Shown one piece after another: positions 20,242 through 30,228 of a stretch of 64,000 nucleotides of DNA (positions are counted from its first letter, which is position 1; every line of letters begins with the position of its first letter). Under the pieces are notes generated by a model, which saw nothing but the letters and a program-made list of their open reading frames with translations, was not told the origin of the DNA and ran no database searches. Location of the stretch: assembly GCA_900540185.1 (NCBI GenBank), contig UQFH01000002.1, positions 16,817 to 80,816 of the forward strand, in the 5' to 3' direction. Source of the DNA: an uncultured Eubacteriales bacterium (GTDB lineage Bacteria; Bacillota; Clostridia; Tissierellales; Peptoniphilaceae). Position numbers and translations under genes: made by a program.

Positions 20242-23200
20242 ATGAGACAAAGATTATTGAGTTTGTTCACTGCGGGCGCAATGATTTTCAGTTCAATGGT
20301 CGGACTGACGACGAATGTTCGTGCAAGTGAAAACGTGGAAACGGTCAACCTCTTTGAGGGCGAGACCGGTGTTGAGACACATGGAAACGGTCTAATGATG
20401 ATCGACAATGTGTCAGAGAAGTGGAGCGGGAATTCTGCTGATGCAGATGTTCAGCCGGTTAGCTATGTTTTAACCGAAAAGGATTTCGGAGAGAAAACAG
20501 TTTATATTGTGGAGCTCAGCTCTGAGGAGATGAGAGGTGCAGTTAAGGAAGCACTTTTAAAGCTACCGCAAACGGAAATTAAGTACGAGTATAATATTTT
20601 ATTTAATGGGCTTGCTATTGAGACCGGAGATGGATTTTTGGACTATATTCTTCACATTGATGGAGTAAAAAGTGTTGAAAGAGCCGAAAAAGTTATTCCA
20701 CTCATGGAAAATGCAAGAGAACTTACTCATGTAAATGAAGCAAGTGACTATTTAAAAGAAATCGGTGCGGATGAAAATTCAATCGGTAGAGCATTCGACG
20801 GAAGAGGAATGCTTATTGCAAATATCGACAGCGGAATGGATGCAAGACACAAGGATATGCGTCTTGATCCGGAAGCTGAAAAAGTTGCAAAGATAAAACA
20901 ACCGACCGAGTTCGGTATGTCGATGAAGATTCCGCACGGATTCAATTATATGGACGGCGGCAAGGATACTGTCGACAATTATCCTGACGGCAGTTTTTAT
21001 CATGACCCGCACGGAATGCACATCGGTGGGATTTTAGCGGCAAATGCTACAGCTGAAGATTTGAAAAATCACAGAGGTATAAGAGGCATTGCGCCTAATG
21101 CACAAGTGTTGTCATATAAGATTTACACATATACAAGCGACGCTTTTGCAGGAGACGAAACGATGTTCCATGCCTTTGAAGACTGTATCAAACATGATGT
21201 TGACGTTATTTCTATCAGCTCAGGTTTCCATGGAACCGGTTTAAAGGGCGAGAAGTATTGGGGTGCAATCAGAACGCTTCGTGAAAAAGGAATTCCGGTT
21301 TGCGTTGCAACAGGTAACTATGCGACTGCTTCATCGGACTCTTCATGGGACAGATATGCTAACAACGCTCTTAACATGACCGATACAGGTAATGTTACAA
21401 GAACAGCTGCACATGAAGACGCAATTGCAGTAGGTTCTGCAAGAAATACAAAAATCAGATTTAATGCTGTTAAGATTGGCGACGAGGAGTTTAAGTACTC
21501 ACAAATAGGGGCATTCTTTGATAAGAATAAATTTAAAGCCGGCGATTACAGTTTTGTTTATCTTGGAAAATGTCAAGACGAAGACATACTTGGTAAAGAC
21601 TTAGAGGGCAAAATCGTTGTTATGGATAGAATTTTCTCAACTGATATGAAGTATGCTTTTAAGAAAGTTCGCGATAAAGGTGCTGTCGGTGTAATTGTTG
21701 TAAACACAGTTTCATACTACAACCGAGACGACTGGGAAGCAATTCCGGCTATGGGCTATGAAGAAGATGAGAAGACTAAGGTACAAGTATTTTCTATTTC
21801 AGGAGAAGACGGGGTTAAGCTTTGGTCGATGATTAAATCATACGACGGGGATACAGATTATAAGTCTGACAGAGAATATCGTGTTGATATGAACAAGTAC
21901 AATAAATTAAAGCCGACTGTAGGACAAGAAAATAAACTTTTACTTGACTTCAATGTAGACGATATAATTCTTGATGAAAAAAGAAGCGTCCCGGCAGGTT
22001 CAACAAGCTGGGGACCGAGAAACGACCTTCTCTTGAAACCTGACGTTTCAGCTCCTGGTAAAAATATTTATTCAACGCTGAATGTCGTAGGAAATGATCC
22101 GACGAAGGATTCGAGATACGGAAATATGAGCGGAACATCGATGGCAACACCGGTTGTTTCGGCTTCGACGGTTCTTATAAGACCGAGACTTAAAGAGCTT
22201 GTGGAAACAAAAGTATTAAAAGATATGGGCATAGACTTGGTCTCACTTACTAAGATTATGCTACAAAACACAGCATCGCCGATGCTTGATGAAACGACAG
22301 AAAACGACGGAAAATATTTATTTGCCTCACCGAGACAACAAGGTGCGGGACTTATAAATGTTCTAAAAGCATCAAAGAACAATGTTATTGTTTCATCAAA
22401 AGCTTTGGGAAGCGATGGAGAAACGAACAGCTACGGCTCTGTAAGTTTGAGAGAAATAAAATCAGGTGAAAAAACATTTACTATTACACTGTCAAACACA
22501 TCTGACAAAGATATTAAATTCACAGTGAGCGCATCGCCTGTTACAACAGACGGCAATATGCCGAAACTTAAACTCGATGAATTAAACAGTACCGAAGATA
22601 AGGGTAAGACAGTTGCAGAAATTCACCCGGAAATTGTTAACGGAGCAGAGATAAAGTTTGATACTGAAGAAATTACAGTTCCTGCAAACTCAAACTTCAA
22701 TTTGTCCGCAACAATGAAGACGGGAGATGCACACAATCAATTCGTCGAAAGCTTTATTAAATTTGAATCAAAAGATGAAGAAGCAAATCCTAGCCTAAGC
22801 ATGCCGGTTATGGGCTTTGCAGGCGATTGGAACAACGAACCGATTATAGATAAGTGGGCATGGGAAGAAGGCTCGAAGTCGGCTGAAGTTGTCGGATATG
22901 ATGAGAATGGAAAACCGAAAAGACCTGGAACATTGAACTCAGGTGTAGGTGGAGATCACGACATAGATGACTTCCACCCGGCAGGAGTGATACAAAACAC
23001 TAAAGATGGAAATCCGAAACTAAAACAAGATCCGGAACTATTTAGTTTGAACAATAATATAAGCTTGAATAATTCCGTAAGTAGAAGTGATGTAGTAAAA
23101 GATTTTGAAGCAATTCCTAATGTTACGCCGAGCCCACTTATTTTGAGATCTGCAAGCAATGCAAAAATCTCAATTGTTGATGCAACGAAGACTAGAGATC

Positions 23201-26200
23201 TTAAAGTCATGAACGTTTCTCAATTTGTGCGCGGCATACTAAATTCTAAAAGAAATACAGCATCCGGACTTAAACCAAGTAGACTAAAGATACTAGGTGA
23301 TCTTAAGTGGGACGGTAGGATATATAATCCTCACCATGTAGAAAAGAAAGAATTTGGCGGAAAAGAATATGAAGAGATAATTGGCGGAGAATATCCGCTT
23401 GCTGAAGGACAATACTACTACGAGTTTATGTATAGACTTACACCTGACTACCCATGGCAAAAGTCATATATACCTGTTAAGATTGACAACACTAAACCAA
23501 CGATAGAGTCAGTCGATGTTACAAATCCTAATAAGATTAAGATTGTAGCTAAGGACACTTATCACAAGCAAAAAGAAGAATTTAAAGACAGAACTTTCTA
23601 CCTTACAGACCAAGTCGAAATGCCGGAAAAGTTTGAAGAAGTTGAAAGAAAAGTTTGGTTTGTTGGTGCAAACCTTGACAAAGACTATGATGATACTAAG
23701 AAATTAACTGTTTATAATGAAGATGACGGTAGCTATGTGATAGAAAATATTTCCAAAGATTTGATAGGAAGCAAAGTAACTATAGCAGCTCTTGATGGCG
23801 CAAGTAACGTTTCTGATGAATATGTTTTAAAATTTGTAAAACCTCAAGATGGAAAAGTTGAAGTTAAGCTATTTAGAATTGAAAGAAAAATGGTCGGCTT
23901 TAATGAAGAAAAGGAAGAAATTCTTATAACTGAAGTGGAAATTGATGAATCAAAATTTGGCAAAAAAGAAGAGTCAGTGCCGTCTGAAGATAATAAAGAT
24001 GACGATGATGAAACTACACAAGATATGCCTGACTTTGAAATTTACGAAGGCAGCACATATAGAGAACTTGAAGAAAAAGATTTAAGAAAAGATATAGTGA
24101 ACCCGCTTTTAAAAGAAGGAGAAAATCCATTTACACACGAAAAAATCACAGAAGAAATTTATGCTGTTTATGACGAAAACGGGCAACCGACTCAATATGA
24201 AAACGGAGAGCCACTGCAGTATCACGACGAGACATTGGAGGAACTTAAAAACGATGGATTCATCGGTATGATGACACCTAATGAAGACGGCGGCTTCAAC
24301 ATTCGCGGAAAGATTTTAAATGCTAATAAGAAGACTAAAGTGTATTTTGCGTCAAAAGGAATGGACAAGCTATCTAGAACAGCTAAAGTTAAAACTTTAA
24401 ACTATAATGATAAAGACAAAACACTTGAATTTGATTTCTATGCTAATGTAAATGATGGTGACTCCAAAAAAGATTACAATGATGAAGTTTATATAACCGC
24501 AAGCAATGCTTCTAAGGAGAAAACAATTAAGATTAGAATGCCAAAGAGAGAGGTTAAGAAGGAGAAAGGAACGGCTCCGGTTATACCTGGCTTACATTCT
24601 ATTGAAGACTCAGCAACAGGTGATTTCAACAACAAAGTTAAAGTTGTGGATGTGAACGGTAAAAAGAGATATTTTGTAAAAACATCATTTAAAATAGCAG
24701 AGGGATATACAATAAAGCTTGTTTGCTACAACCCGGGCAAGAATGGACTCGAAGCAATTCAAGAAGCAAAATATTATTCAAGCAATGTGTCGGATAAATA
24801 CATCGATATTGAAATACTTCCGGGATTCAATATGCTTAGGATGGAAGTGTTTAAGGCTGACAAACAAAATGAAGTAAATGAAAATAATATTTATGAATCA
24901 AAAGGTTTCTGTTTATACTATGATGATGACGGTCCGGAACTTGATATGAATACTGCAAGTTTTAATCCTGATACAGATGGAACTTTATATATAAAGAAGA
25001 GCCCGCTTGTTGTTGAAGGCGTTGTAGGCGACAAGGGCGGATTCAACTGGCACATGAGAATAAACGAAAGCATGGTTGATGAGTATCTTATTTATGGAGA
25101 TTTAACAAGTGACAACCACAGACCGTTCAGAGTTGAAATCCCATGTAAGGACAAAGATATTATGGACTGGAATGTAAAAGACTATGCGGGCAATTCTCCT
25201 GATAATTTTATGGCACAACATATAATAAGAATCGATAACAAAAAGCCGGAAATTAAAATTGAGCCTGAAGTTCGAGGTGATGACTACAATATAAGTGGTG
25301 AAAATTCAAGATTAGGCATAACGATAACGGACAAGGTCGACAACGACGACAATGGAAGCATAATGCTCAAAGAAGTTTTTGTAAACGGCGAAGCATATGA
25401 TGCAAACAAAAAGCTTGAAGATTACACTTCAAACGACGGCAAGTACACTATATATGTTCGTGCAGTTGACTATGCGTATAATGCGAGCGTAAAGACTTAT
25501 ATTTATGATCCGAATGCAACTGGGGACAAAATTGAAGAAGTAGCAAATGAAGAAGTTACTGTTATAGTTGACAGAGATAACGGAGACAGAGTACAAGAAT
25601 TCAAAGTGGAAAAAGGCGAGGATTTCACTTTGCCGGAAGTAGACTTTGAAATTCCTGAAGGAAAAGTTTTTGCGGGATGGGATATTGATGGCAAGGTTAG
25701 AAATGCAGGAGAAACCATTTTAGTTGACAAAGATACAACTGTTCGTGCAATATACAAAAATAAAGAGGAAAAGGTTTATGTAAATATTCACTTTGAAAGA
25801 AACGGCGGACGTGGCAACATGGAAGATATTAAAGCTGAAGTCGGAGCTAAGGCTAAACTTCCGCTAAACGGATTTGATGCACCGAGCGATAAAACTTTTG
25901 ACTGTTGGATGGTCAAGGGAGAAAAGAAAAATCCGGGAGATGCGGTTGTTGTTGACGGAGATTTGACGGTTACGGCGATTTGGAAAGCTGAAATGAAAAA
26001 ACCGGATAAAAAACCGGATGTTCCGTTCGTCCCGCACACTCCGGAGGAAGGACATGATTATTTCAAACCGCACAGAAGAATAAATAACAAAAAAGATATG
26101 GCTAAAGAAAAGAAAAACGAAAATAAAACAAAAACTGCTAAAGACGAAGGTAAAAAGACAACCACCGATGTGAACACGGATTACAATTCGCATTGGGCAA

Positions 26201-26721
26201 AAAATGCAATCGTCGAATGTTTCAACAAGGGTATCTTTAATGATTTTGCAAACAAGACTGTATTTATGCCGGAAAAACCGACAACAAGAGCGGAGTTTGT
26301 GACTGCACTTGGAAGGCTTATGAATATAAATACTGCGGAGTTTAACAAAAACATATTTGAAGATGTCGACAGCAATGAATTTTACACACCGTTTATTAAT
26401 TGGGCAGCATCGAAGAAGATTGTTTTAGGTGTTGATGCAAAGCATTTTGAGCCGAACAAGACTCTTACACGTGAACAAATGGCTACGATTATCGTAAGAC
26501 TATTTAGAACTTACGGCTATAATTTCGAGACAAATCTTATGAAGCCTATTTATAAAGATGATAAAGAAATTTCAGATTGGGCAAAAGAAGAAATTTATGA
26601 ACTTACAAATATCGGAATTGTTCAAGGAAATGCCGATTCAACTTTTAACCCTAAAGGATATTTAAAACGAGGAGAGCTTGCAGAGCTTGTTTTAAAACTT
26701 ACAAAAAAACTTGAGAAATAG
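20242..26721 (+). CDS. giant secreted S8 subtilase (cell-envelope proteinase, lactocepin/C5a-peptidase-like) with a PA domain, Flg_new (Listeria-Bacteroides) repeats and three C-terminal SLH domains
   Basis: 2159 aa. Signal peptide. Catalytic D (IDSGMD), H (HGMHIGG) and S (SGTSMATP). Three SLH repeats at the C-terminus. Confidence 0.9.
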   Translation: MRQRLLSLFTAGAMIFSSMVGLTTNVRASENVETVNLFEGETGVETHGNGLMMIDNVSEKWSGNSADADVQPVSYVLTEKDFGEKTVYIVELSSEEMRGAVKEALLKLPQTEIKYEYNILFNGLAIETGDGFLDYILHIDGVKSVERAEKVIPLMENARELTHVNEASDYLKEIGADENSIGRAFDGRGMLIANIDSGMDARHKDMRLDPEAEKVAKIKQPTEFGMSMKIPHGFNYMDGGKDTVDNYPDGSFYHDPHGMHIGGILAANATAEDLKNHRGIRGIAPNAQVLSYKIYTYTSDAFAGDETMFHAFEDCIKHDVDVISISSGFHGTGLKGEKYWGAIRTLREKGIPVCVATGNYATASSDSSWDRYANNALNMTDTGNVTRTAAHEDAIAVGSARNTKIRFNAVKIGDEEFKYSQIGAFFDKNKFKAGDYSFVYLGKCQDEDILGKDLEGKIVVMDRIFSTDMKYAFKKVRDKGAVGVIVVNTVSYYNRDDWEAIPAMGYEEDEKTKVQVFSISGEDGVKLWSMIKSYDGDTDYKSDREYRVDMNKYNKLKPTVGQENKLLLDFNVDDIILDEKRSVPAGSTSWGPRNDLLLKPDVSAPGKNIYSTLNVVGNDPTKDSRYGNMSGTSMATPVVSASTVLIRPRLKELVETKVLKDMGIDLVSLTKIMLQNTASPMLDETTENDGKYLFASPRQQGAGLINVLKASKNNVIVSSKALGSDGETNSYGSVSLREIKSGEKTFTITLSNTSDKDIKFTVSASPVTTDGNMPKLKLDELNSTEDKGKTVAEIHPEIVNGAEIKFDTEEITVPANSNFNLSATMKTGDAHNQFVESFIKFESKDEEANPSLSMPVMGFAGDWNNEPIIDKWAWEEGSKSAEVVGYDENGKPKRPGTLNSGVGGDHDIDDFHPAGVIQNTKDGNPKLKQDPELFSLNNNISLNNSVSRSDVVKDFEAIPNVTPSPLILRSASNAKISIVDATKTRDLKVMNVSQFVRGILNSKRNTASGLKPSRLKILGDLKWDGRIYNPHHVEKKEFGGKEYEEIIGGEYPLAEGQYYYEFMYRLTPDYPWQKSYIPVKIDNTKPTIESVDVTNPNKIKIVAKDTYHKQKEEFKDRTFYLTDQVEMPEKFEEVERKVWFVGANLDKDYDDTKKLTVYNEDDGSYVIENISKDLIGSKVTIAALDGASNVSDEYVLKFVKPQDGKVEVKLFRIERKMVGFNEEKEEILITEVEIDESKFGKKEESVPSEDNKDDDDETTQDMPDFEIYEGSTYRELEEKDLRKDIVNPLLKEGENPFTHEKITEEIYAVYDENGQPTQYENGEPLQYHDETLEELKNDGFIGMMTPNEDGGFNIRGKILNANKKTKVYFASKGMDKLSRTAKVKTLNYNDKDKTLEFDFYANVNDGDSKKDYNDEVYITASNASKEKTIKIRMPKREVKKEKGTAPVIPGLHSIEDSATGDFNNKVKVVDVNGKKRYFVKTSFKIAEGYTIKLVCYNPGKNGLEAIQEAKYYSSNVSDKYIDIEILPGFNMLRMEVFKADKQNEVNENNIYESKGFCLYYDDDGPELDMNTASFNPDTDGTLYIKKSPLVVEGVVGDKGGFNWHMRINESMVDEYLIYGDLTSDNHRPFRVEIPCKDKDIMDWNVKDYAGNSPDNFMAQHIIRIDNKKPEIKIEPEVRGDDYNISGENSRLGITITDKVDNDDNGSIMLKEVFVNGEAYDANKKLEDYTSNDGKYTIYVRAVDYAYNASVKTYIYDPNATGDKIEEVANEEVTVIVDRDNGDRVQEFKVEKGEDFTLPEVDFEIPEGKVFAGWDIDGKVRNAGETILVDKDTTVRAIYKNKEEKVYVNIHFERNGGRGNMEDIKAEVGAKAKLPLNGFDAPSDKTFDCWMVKGEKKNPGDAVVVDGDLTVTAIWKAEMKKPDKKPDVPFVPHTPEEGHDYFKPHRRINNKKDMAKEKKNENKTKTAKDEGKKTTTDVNTDYNSHWAKNAIVECFNKGIFNDFANKTVFMPEKPTTRAEFVTALGRLMNINTAEFNKNIFEDVDSNEFYTPFINWAASKKIVLGVDAKHFEPNKTLTREQMATIIVRLFRTYGYNFETNLMKPIYKDDKEISDWAKEEIYELTNIGIVQGNADSTFNPKGYLKRGELAELVLKLTKKLEK

Positions 26722-26762
26722 TTTTCCCCCTTGTGGGGGTACATAGATTGGTTGTCTTTGTG

Positions 26763-26791
26763 ATTGACACAAGGTGCGCCATGTGATATAA
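26763..26791 (+). promoter_or_regulatory. sigma-A promoter
   Basis: TTGACA, 17 nt, TATAAT. Confidence 0.55.
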
Positions 26792-26825
26792 TTATTATAA
26801 TCTTTTCGAAAGGAATGCGAATGTT

Positions 26826-27446
26826 ATGAAATTCACACCGAATGAAATTATGAAAAAAATGCTTCATGTGCTTGAGTATGTGATTTGTGTGATTATTTTG
26901 ATTGCAGTTGTCGCAGGTCTTCCCGATTTATTCAGATATATTTGGGATTTTGCGAAAAATCCGTCTTCAATCATAAGCTACAGAGCATTTTCGGATTTTC
27001 TTAAGCATGCGCTGATGTTGGTTGTTGGAATCGAGCTTATTTATATGATTATAAGCCACCAAAACGAAAATATTTTGACGCTTGTTTTATTTGTTATTGC
27101 GAGAAAGATGCTTGTTTTTGCGGACGGAATGGTCGACATTTTGATTGGAACTGTAAGTATTGTTTTGATTTTCATAACGCTCAAGTTCATCGTAATTAGA
27201 GAGTATTCGATAAAGAAGTTTGACGGAACTTTTTCTGCAAGCATTTCCTTGAGGGATTTGAAAAATAATCACAATATGAATATTGATTCTTCGGAAAACA
27301 CACTTGGTGGTCTTGTTGCAAGACTTGCCGGTGAAGCAGGAAAAAAGCCGAACGAAGGAGATATTTATTCGTACGGAGGTTATGATTTTTCAATTAAGAA
27401 GATGACCGACGGTGTCATTGATCGTATTTTAATTACAAAGAAATAG
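26826..27446 (+). CDS. membrane protein: 4-TM PsiE-like N-domain fused to a C-terminal CorC_HlyC (transporter-associated) domain
   Basis: 206 aa. TM helices through about residue 135. The C-terminus GGLVARLAGEAGKKPNEGD...YDFSI matches CorC_HlyC. Confidence 0.55.
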   Translation: MKFTPNEIMKKMLHVLEYVICVIILIAVVAGLPDLFRYIWDFAKNPSSIISYRAFSDFLKHALMLVVGIELIYMIISHQNENILTLVLFVIARKMLVFADGMVDILIGTVSIVLIFITLKFIVIREYSIKKFDGTFSASISLRDLKNNHNMNIDSSENTLGGLVARLAGEAGKKPNEGDIYSYGGYDFSIKKMTDGVIDRILITKK

Positions 27447-27463
27447 CTTCGGCATTTCGATTT

Positions 27464-27540
27464 GCACTTGTAGCTCAGTTGGATAGAGCAACGCCCTCCT
27501 AAGGCGGAGGCCGGAGGTTCGACTCCTCTCAGGTGCGCCA
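27464..27540 (+). tRNA. tRNA-Arg (anticodon CCT)
   Basis: Cloverleaf. Anticodon loop CTCCTAA. 3' CCA encoded. Confidence 0.8.
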
Positions 27541-27578
27541 AAATTCGGGAAGGGGTAAAACCTTTCCTTATTTTATTT

Positions 27579-27654
27579 GTATGTGTAGCTCAATGGATAG
27601 AGCGTTCCCCTCCGGAGGGAAAGGCTGGGGGTTCGATTCCTCTCACATACGCCA
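27579..27654 (+). tRNA. tRNA-Arg (anticodon CCG)
   Basis: Acceptor GTATGTG/CACATAC. Anticodon loop CTCCGGA. T-loop TTCGATT. 3' CCA. Confidence 0.8.
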
Positions 27655-27655
27655 T

Positions 27656-27684
27656 TTGCATATTTACAGATTTTAATATATAAT
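27656..27684 (+). promoter_or_regulatory. sigma-A promoter of the wal operon
   Basis: TTGCAT, 17 nt, TATAAT. Confidence 0.5.
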
Positions 27685-27745
27685 TGTAGTAGAACAGGTG
27701 ATGCCTGAGACTCGATTAAAAGTGTTTTAAAAAGGGAGGATACCT

Positions 27746-28426
27746 TTGAACGATTTAGTTTATGTAGTTGACGATGAAAAAACGATTACGGATATAGTAA
27801 AATTTAATCTCGTGCAGGAAGGATTTGAGGTAAAGACTTTTCCGGACGGAAAGGAAGCGCTTGAAGCGGTTTATGAAAAGCCGTGCGACCTTATGCTTCT
27901 TGACGTTATGATGCCGGGCATCGGTGGCTTTGAAGTGCTTAAAACTTTGAGAAAGACTTATACATTCCCGATTCTTATGCTCACAGCAAAGGAAGAGGAA
28001 GTGGACAAGGTTTTGGGTCTCGAACTTGGCGCGGACGATTATATCGTTAAGCCTTATTCGATGAGAGAATTAATCGCACGTGTCAAGGCAAATCTTAGAC
28101 GTGTGCAAACGCCGAACACTGCGGGCGATCTCACAAAATTTGGGGATCTCGTCATCGATTCGGGAAAATATGAAGCACAGATTGACGGAGAAAGTGTGAA
28201 CTTGACGACGAGAGAGTTTGAGCTTTTAAAGTTTTTGTCGGACAGCCAAGGACAAGTTTTTACGCGTGAGCAACTTCTTCAAGAAGTTTGGGGTTATGAG
28301 TATTTCGGCGACATTAGAACTGTCGACGTTACGATTAGACGTTTGCGTGAAAAGATTGAAAAACCGGGCGAAGATCCGAGATATATTATTACCAAGAGGG
28401 GAATTGGTTATTACTTTGGAGGATAG
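27746..28426 (+). CDS. walR: OmpR-family response regulator (WalR/YycF-like)
   Basis: TTG start with an AGGGAGGA RBS. Receiver plus winged-helix domains. Operon context with the HK, yycH, yycI and an MBL hydrolase. Confidence 0.85.
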   Translation: MNDLVYVVDDEKTITDIVKFNLVQEGFEVKTFPDGKEALEAVYEKPCDLMLLDVMMPGIGGFEVLKTLRKTYTFPILMLTAKEEEVDKVLGLELGADDYIVKPYSMRELIARVKANLRRVQTPNTAGDLTKFGDLVIDSGKYEAQIDGESVNLTTREFELLKFLSDSQGQVFTREQLLQEVWGYEYFGDIRTVDVTIRRLREKIEKPGEDPRYIITKRGIGYYFGG

Positions 28427-28428
28427 AG

Positions 28429-30228
28429 ATGCGTTCAATTAAGTGGAGATTTGTTTTAATTTATTTTCTACTTGTGCTTGCAGTTCTCCTCATCGTTTCG
28501 ACTTCCATCATCGGAAGGCTCGATTCGACGCTCACAAACGACAGAATTATGAGCGTGAAAAATCAAATAAATTCGCTCCTATCAAGCTCGAGTTATTTCT
28601 CGGGTGAGCTTTTAGATGAAAATATCAGAGGTATAAAGGCGTCTTTGAATGAAAGGCGATTTTCAGATACCGATGATATTTTTGTGCTTTCAAGCGAAGA
28701 TTTCGAAACGATTATCGCGTCAAAAACTGACGATATTTCCACATATGACGGGCAATATGCGTACAATATCGAGGAGCTGAACGTCGCATTAATAAAAGAG
28801 GGTTACGCCGGAATTGAAAAGAGCATTATTTTGGAGGACTACGAAACCGGCACTCGCACCGCACATTTGGTTGTGCCGATAACGGGCGTGGACAACAAGG
28901 TGAAGGGGCTTTGTTATGCGATTATAAATCTCGACGTTGTGACGACGACTCTTCAAAGTGCGAAGAGAATCATTTTCGACTCGGGGCTTATTGCGCTTTT
29001 AATAACAATTATTCTCAGCTATTTCATCGCTTCGGGCATCACGGGACCGATAAGACAGGTCACCGACGTTTCGAAGAGGATGAGTGAAGGGGACTTCAAT
29101 CAACGAGTTGAGGTCAAGAGCGACGACGAAATCGGACAACTTTCAAGTATGTTCAATCAGATGGCGGTCGAGCTCAAAAACAATATTCAAAGAACCGAGC
29201 TTGAGCGTGCAAAGCTGAATACGATCTTTAACCAAATGCTCGAAGGCGTAGTTGCGGTCGACAAGTTCGGAAATATTATTCATATAAATGAAAAGGGACG
29301 CGACCTTTTCGGAGTAAACGGAGATATGCCGCTTTCCGAAATCGAGCTCCCTCTAAAGACGCTCGGACTGAATTCGGTCAATTTCCAAAATCCGTTCACT
29401 CTTGCGGGCGAATCCGATTTTGTTTTAAATGATAAAAACTACAGGATTCTCTATGCGCCGTTTGAGGACAAGGACTTGAACGTTGGCGGAGTCATTGCGG
29501 TTTATCAGGACATGACGAAGGAGAGAAAACTCGAGGACATGAGGCGTGAATTCGTTGCAAACGTCAGCCACGAACTTAAAACGCCGATTACATCGATAAA
29601 GAGTTATGCGGAAACGCTTATGAAATATCCGGTCGACGACGAGACGGCAAAGAATTTTTTGACCGTCATCGACAACGAGTCGGACAGAATGGCGCACATT
29701 GTTCGCGATCTTTTAATTCTTACAACGCTTGACTACAAGACCGAAGAGAAGAAACTCTCGCCGGTTTCAATAAATGAGCTTTCGCACTCGGCGGTTGAGA
29801 GAATGAGGCTGATGGCGAAAGAAAAGAATATGTCGATTTATGAGCATTATGAGGACTCGCTCTCCGTGCTTGCGGACGAGGAGGATTTGCTTCAAGTGAT
29901 TATAAATCTTATTTCGAATGCCGTTAAATACACGCCGGAGGGCGGAGTGATTAATGTTTCGACGTCGACTGACGGGCGCTACAACTATGTTAGCGTTTCC
30001 GACAACGGCGTCGGCATAAAGCCTGAAGACCAAAAGAGAATTTTCGACAGATTCTATCGTGTGGAAAAGAGTCGCTCGAGGGCGCTCGGCGGTACGGGTC
30101 TTGGGCTCGCAATCGCGAAGGAAATGGTAAACAGCATGAACGGCGACATCAAAGTCGAAAGTGACGGCAGAAACGGCTCGACGTTCACACTGAAGTTCAA
30201 GGCGGTGGAAGACAATGGAGAGGCTTAA
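28429..30228 (+). CDS. walK: sensor histidine kinase (WalK/YycG-like: TM-extracellular-TM, HAMP, PAS, HisKA, HATPase)
   Basis: H-box SHELKTPITSI. The G-boxes are present. Confidence 0.85.
   Translation: MRSIKWRFVLIYFLLVLAVLLIVSTSIIGRLDSTLTNDRIMSVKNQINSLLSSSSYFSGELLDENIRGIKASLNERRFSDTDDIFVLSSEDFETIIASKTDDISTYDGQYAYNIEELNVALIKEGYAGIEKSIILEDYETGTRTAHLVVPITGVDNKVKGLCYAIINLDVVTTTLQSAKRIIFDSGLIALLITIILSYFIASGITGPIRQVTDVSKRMSEGDFNQRVEVKSDDEIGQLSSMFNQMAVELKNNIQRTELERAKLNTIFNQMLEGVVAVDKFGNIIHINEKGRDLFGVNGDMPLSEIELPLKTLGLNSVNFQNPFTLAGESDFVLNDKNYRILYAPFEDKDLNVGGVIAVYQDMTKERKLEDMRREFVANVSHELKTPITSIKSYAETLMKYPVDDETAKNFLTVIDNESDRMAHIVRDLLILTTLDYKTEEKKLSPVSINELSHSAVERMRLMAKEKNMSIYEHYEDSLSVLADEEDLLQVIINLISNAVKYTPEGGVINVSTSTDGRYNYVSVSDNGVGIKPEDQKRIFDRFYRVEKSRSRALGGTGLGLAIAKEMVNSMNGDIKVESDGRNGSTFTLKFKAVEDNGEA

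Noticed and set aside
26725-26745. CCCCC-TTGT-GGGGG hairpin after the first S8 gene as a terminator.
   Set aside because: No T-run follows on either strand. It may still be a structural element, but it is not a canonical intrinsic terminator.
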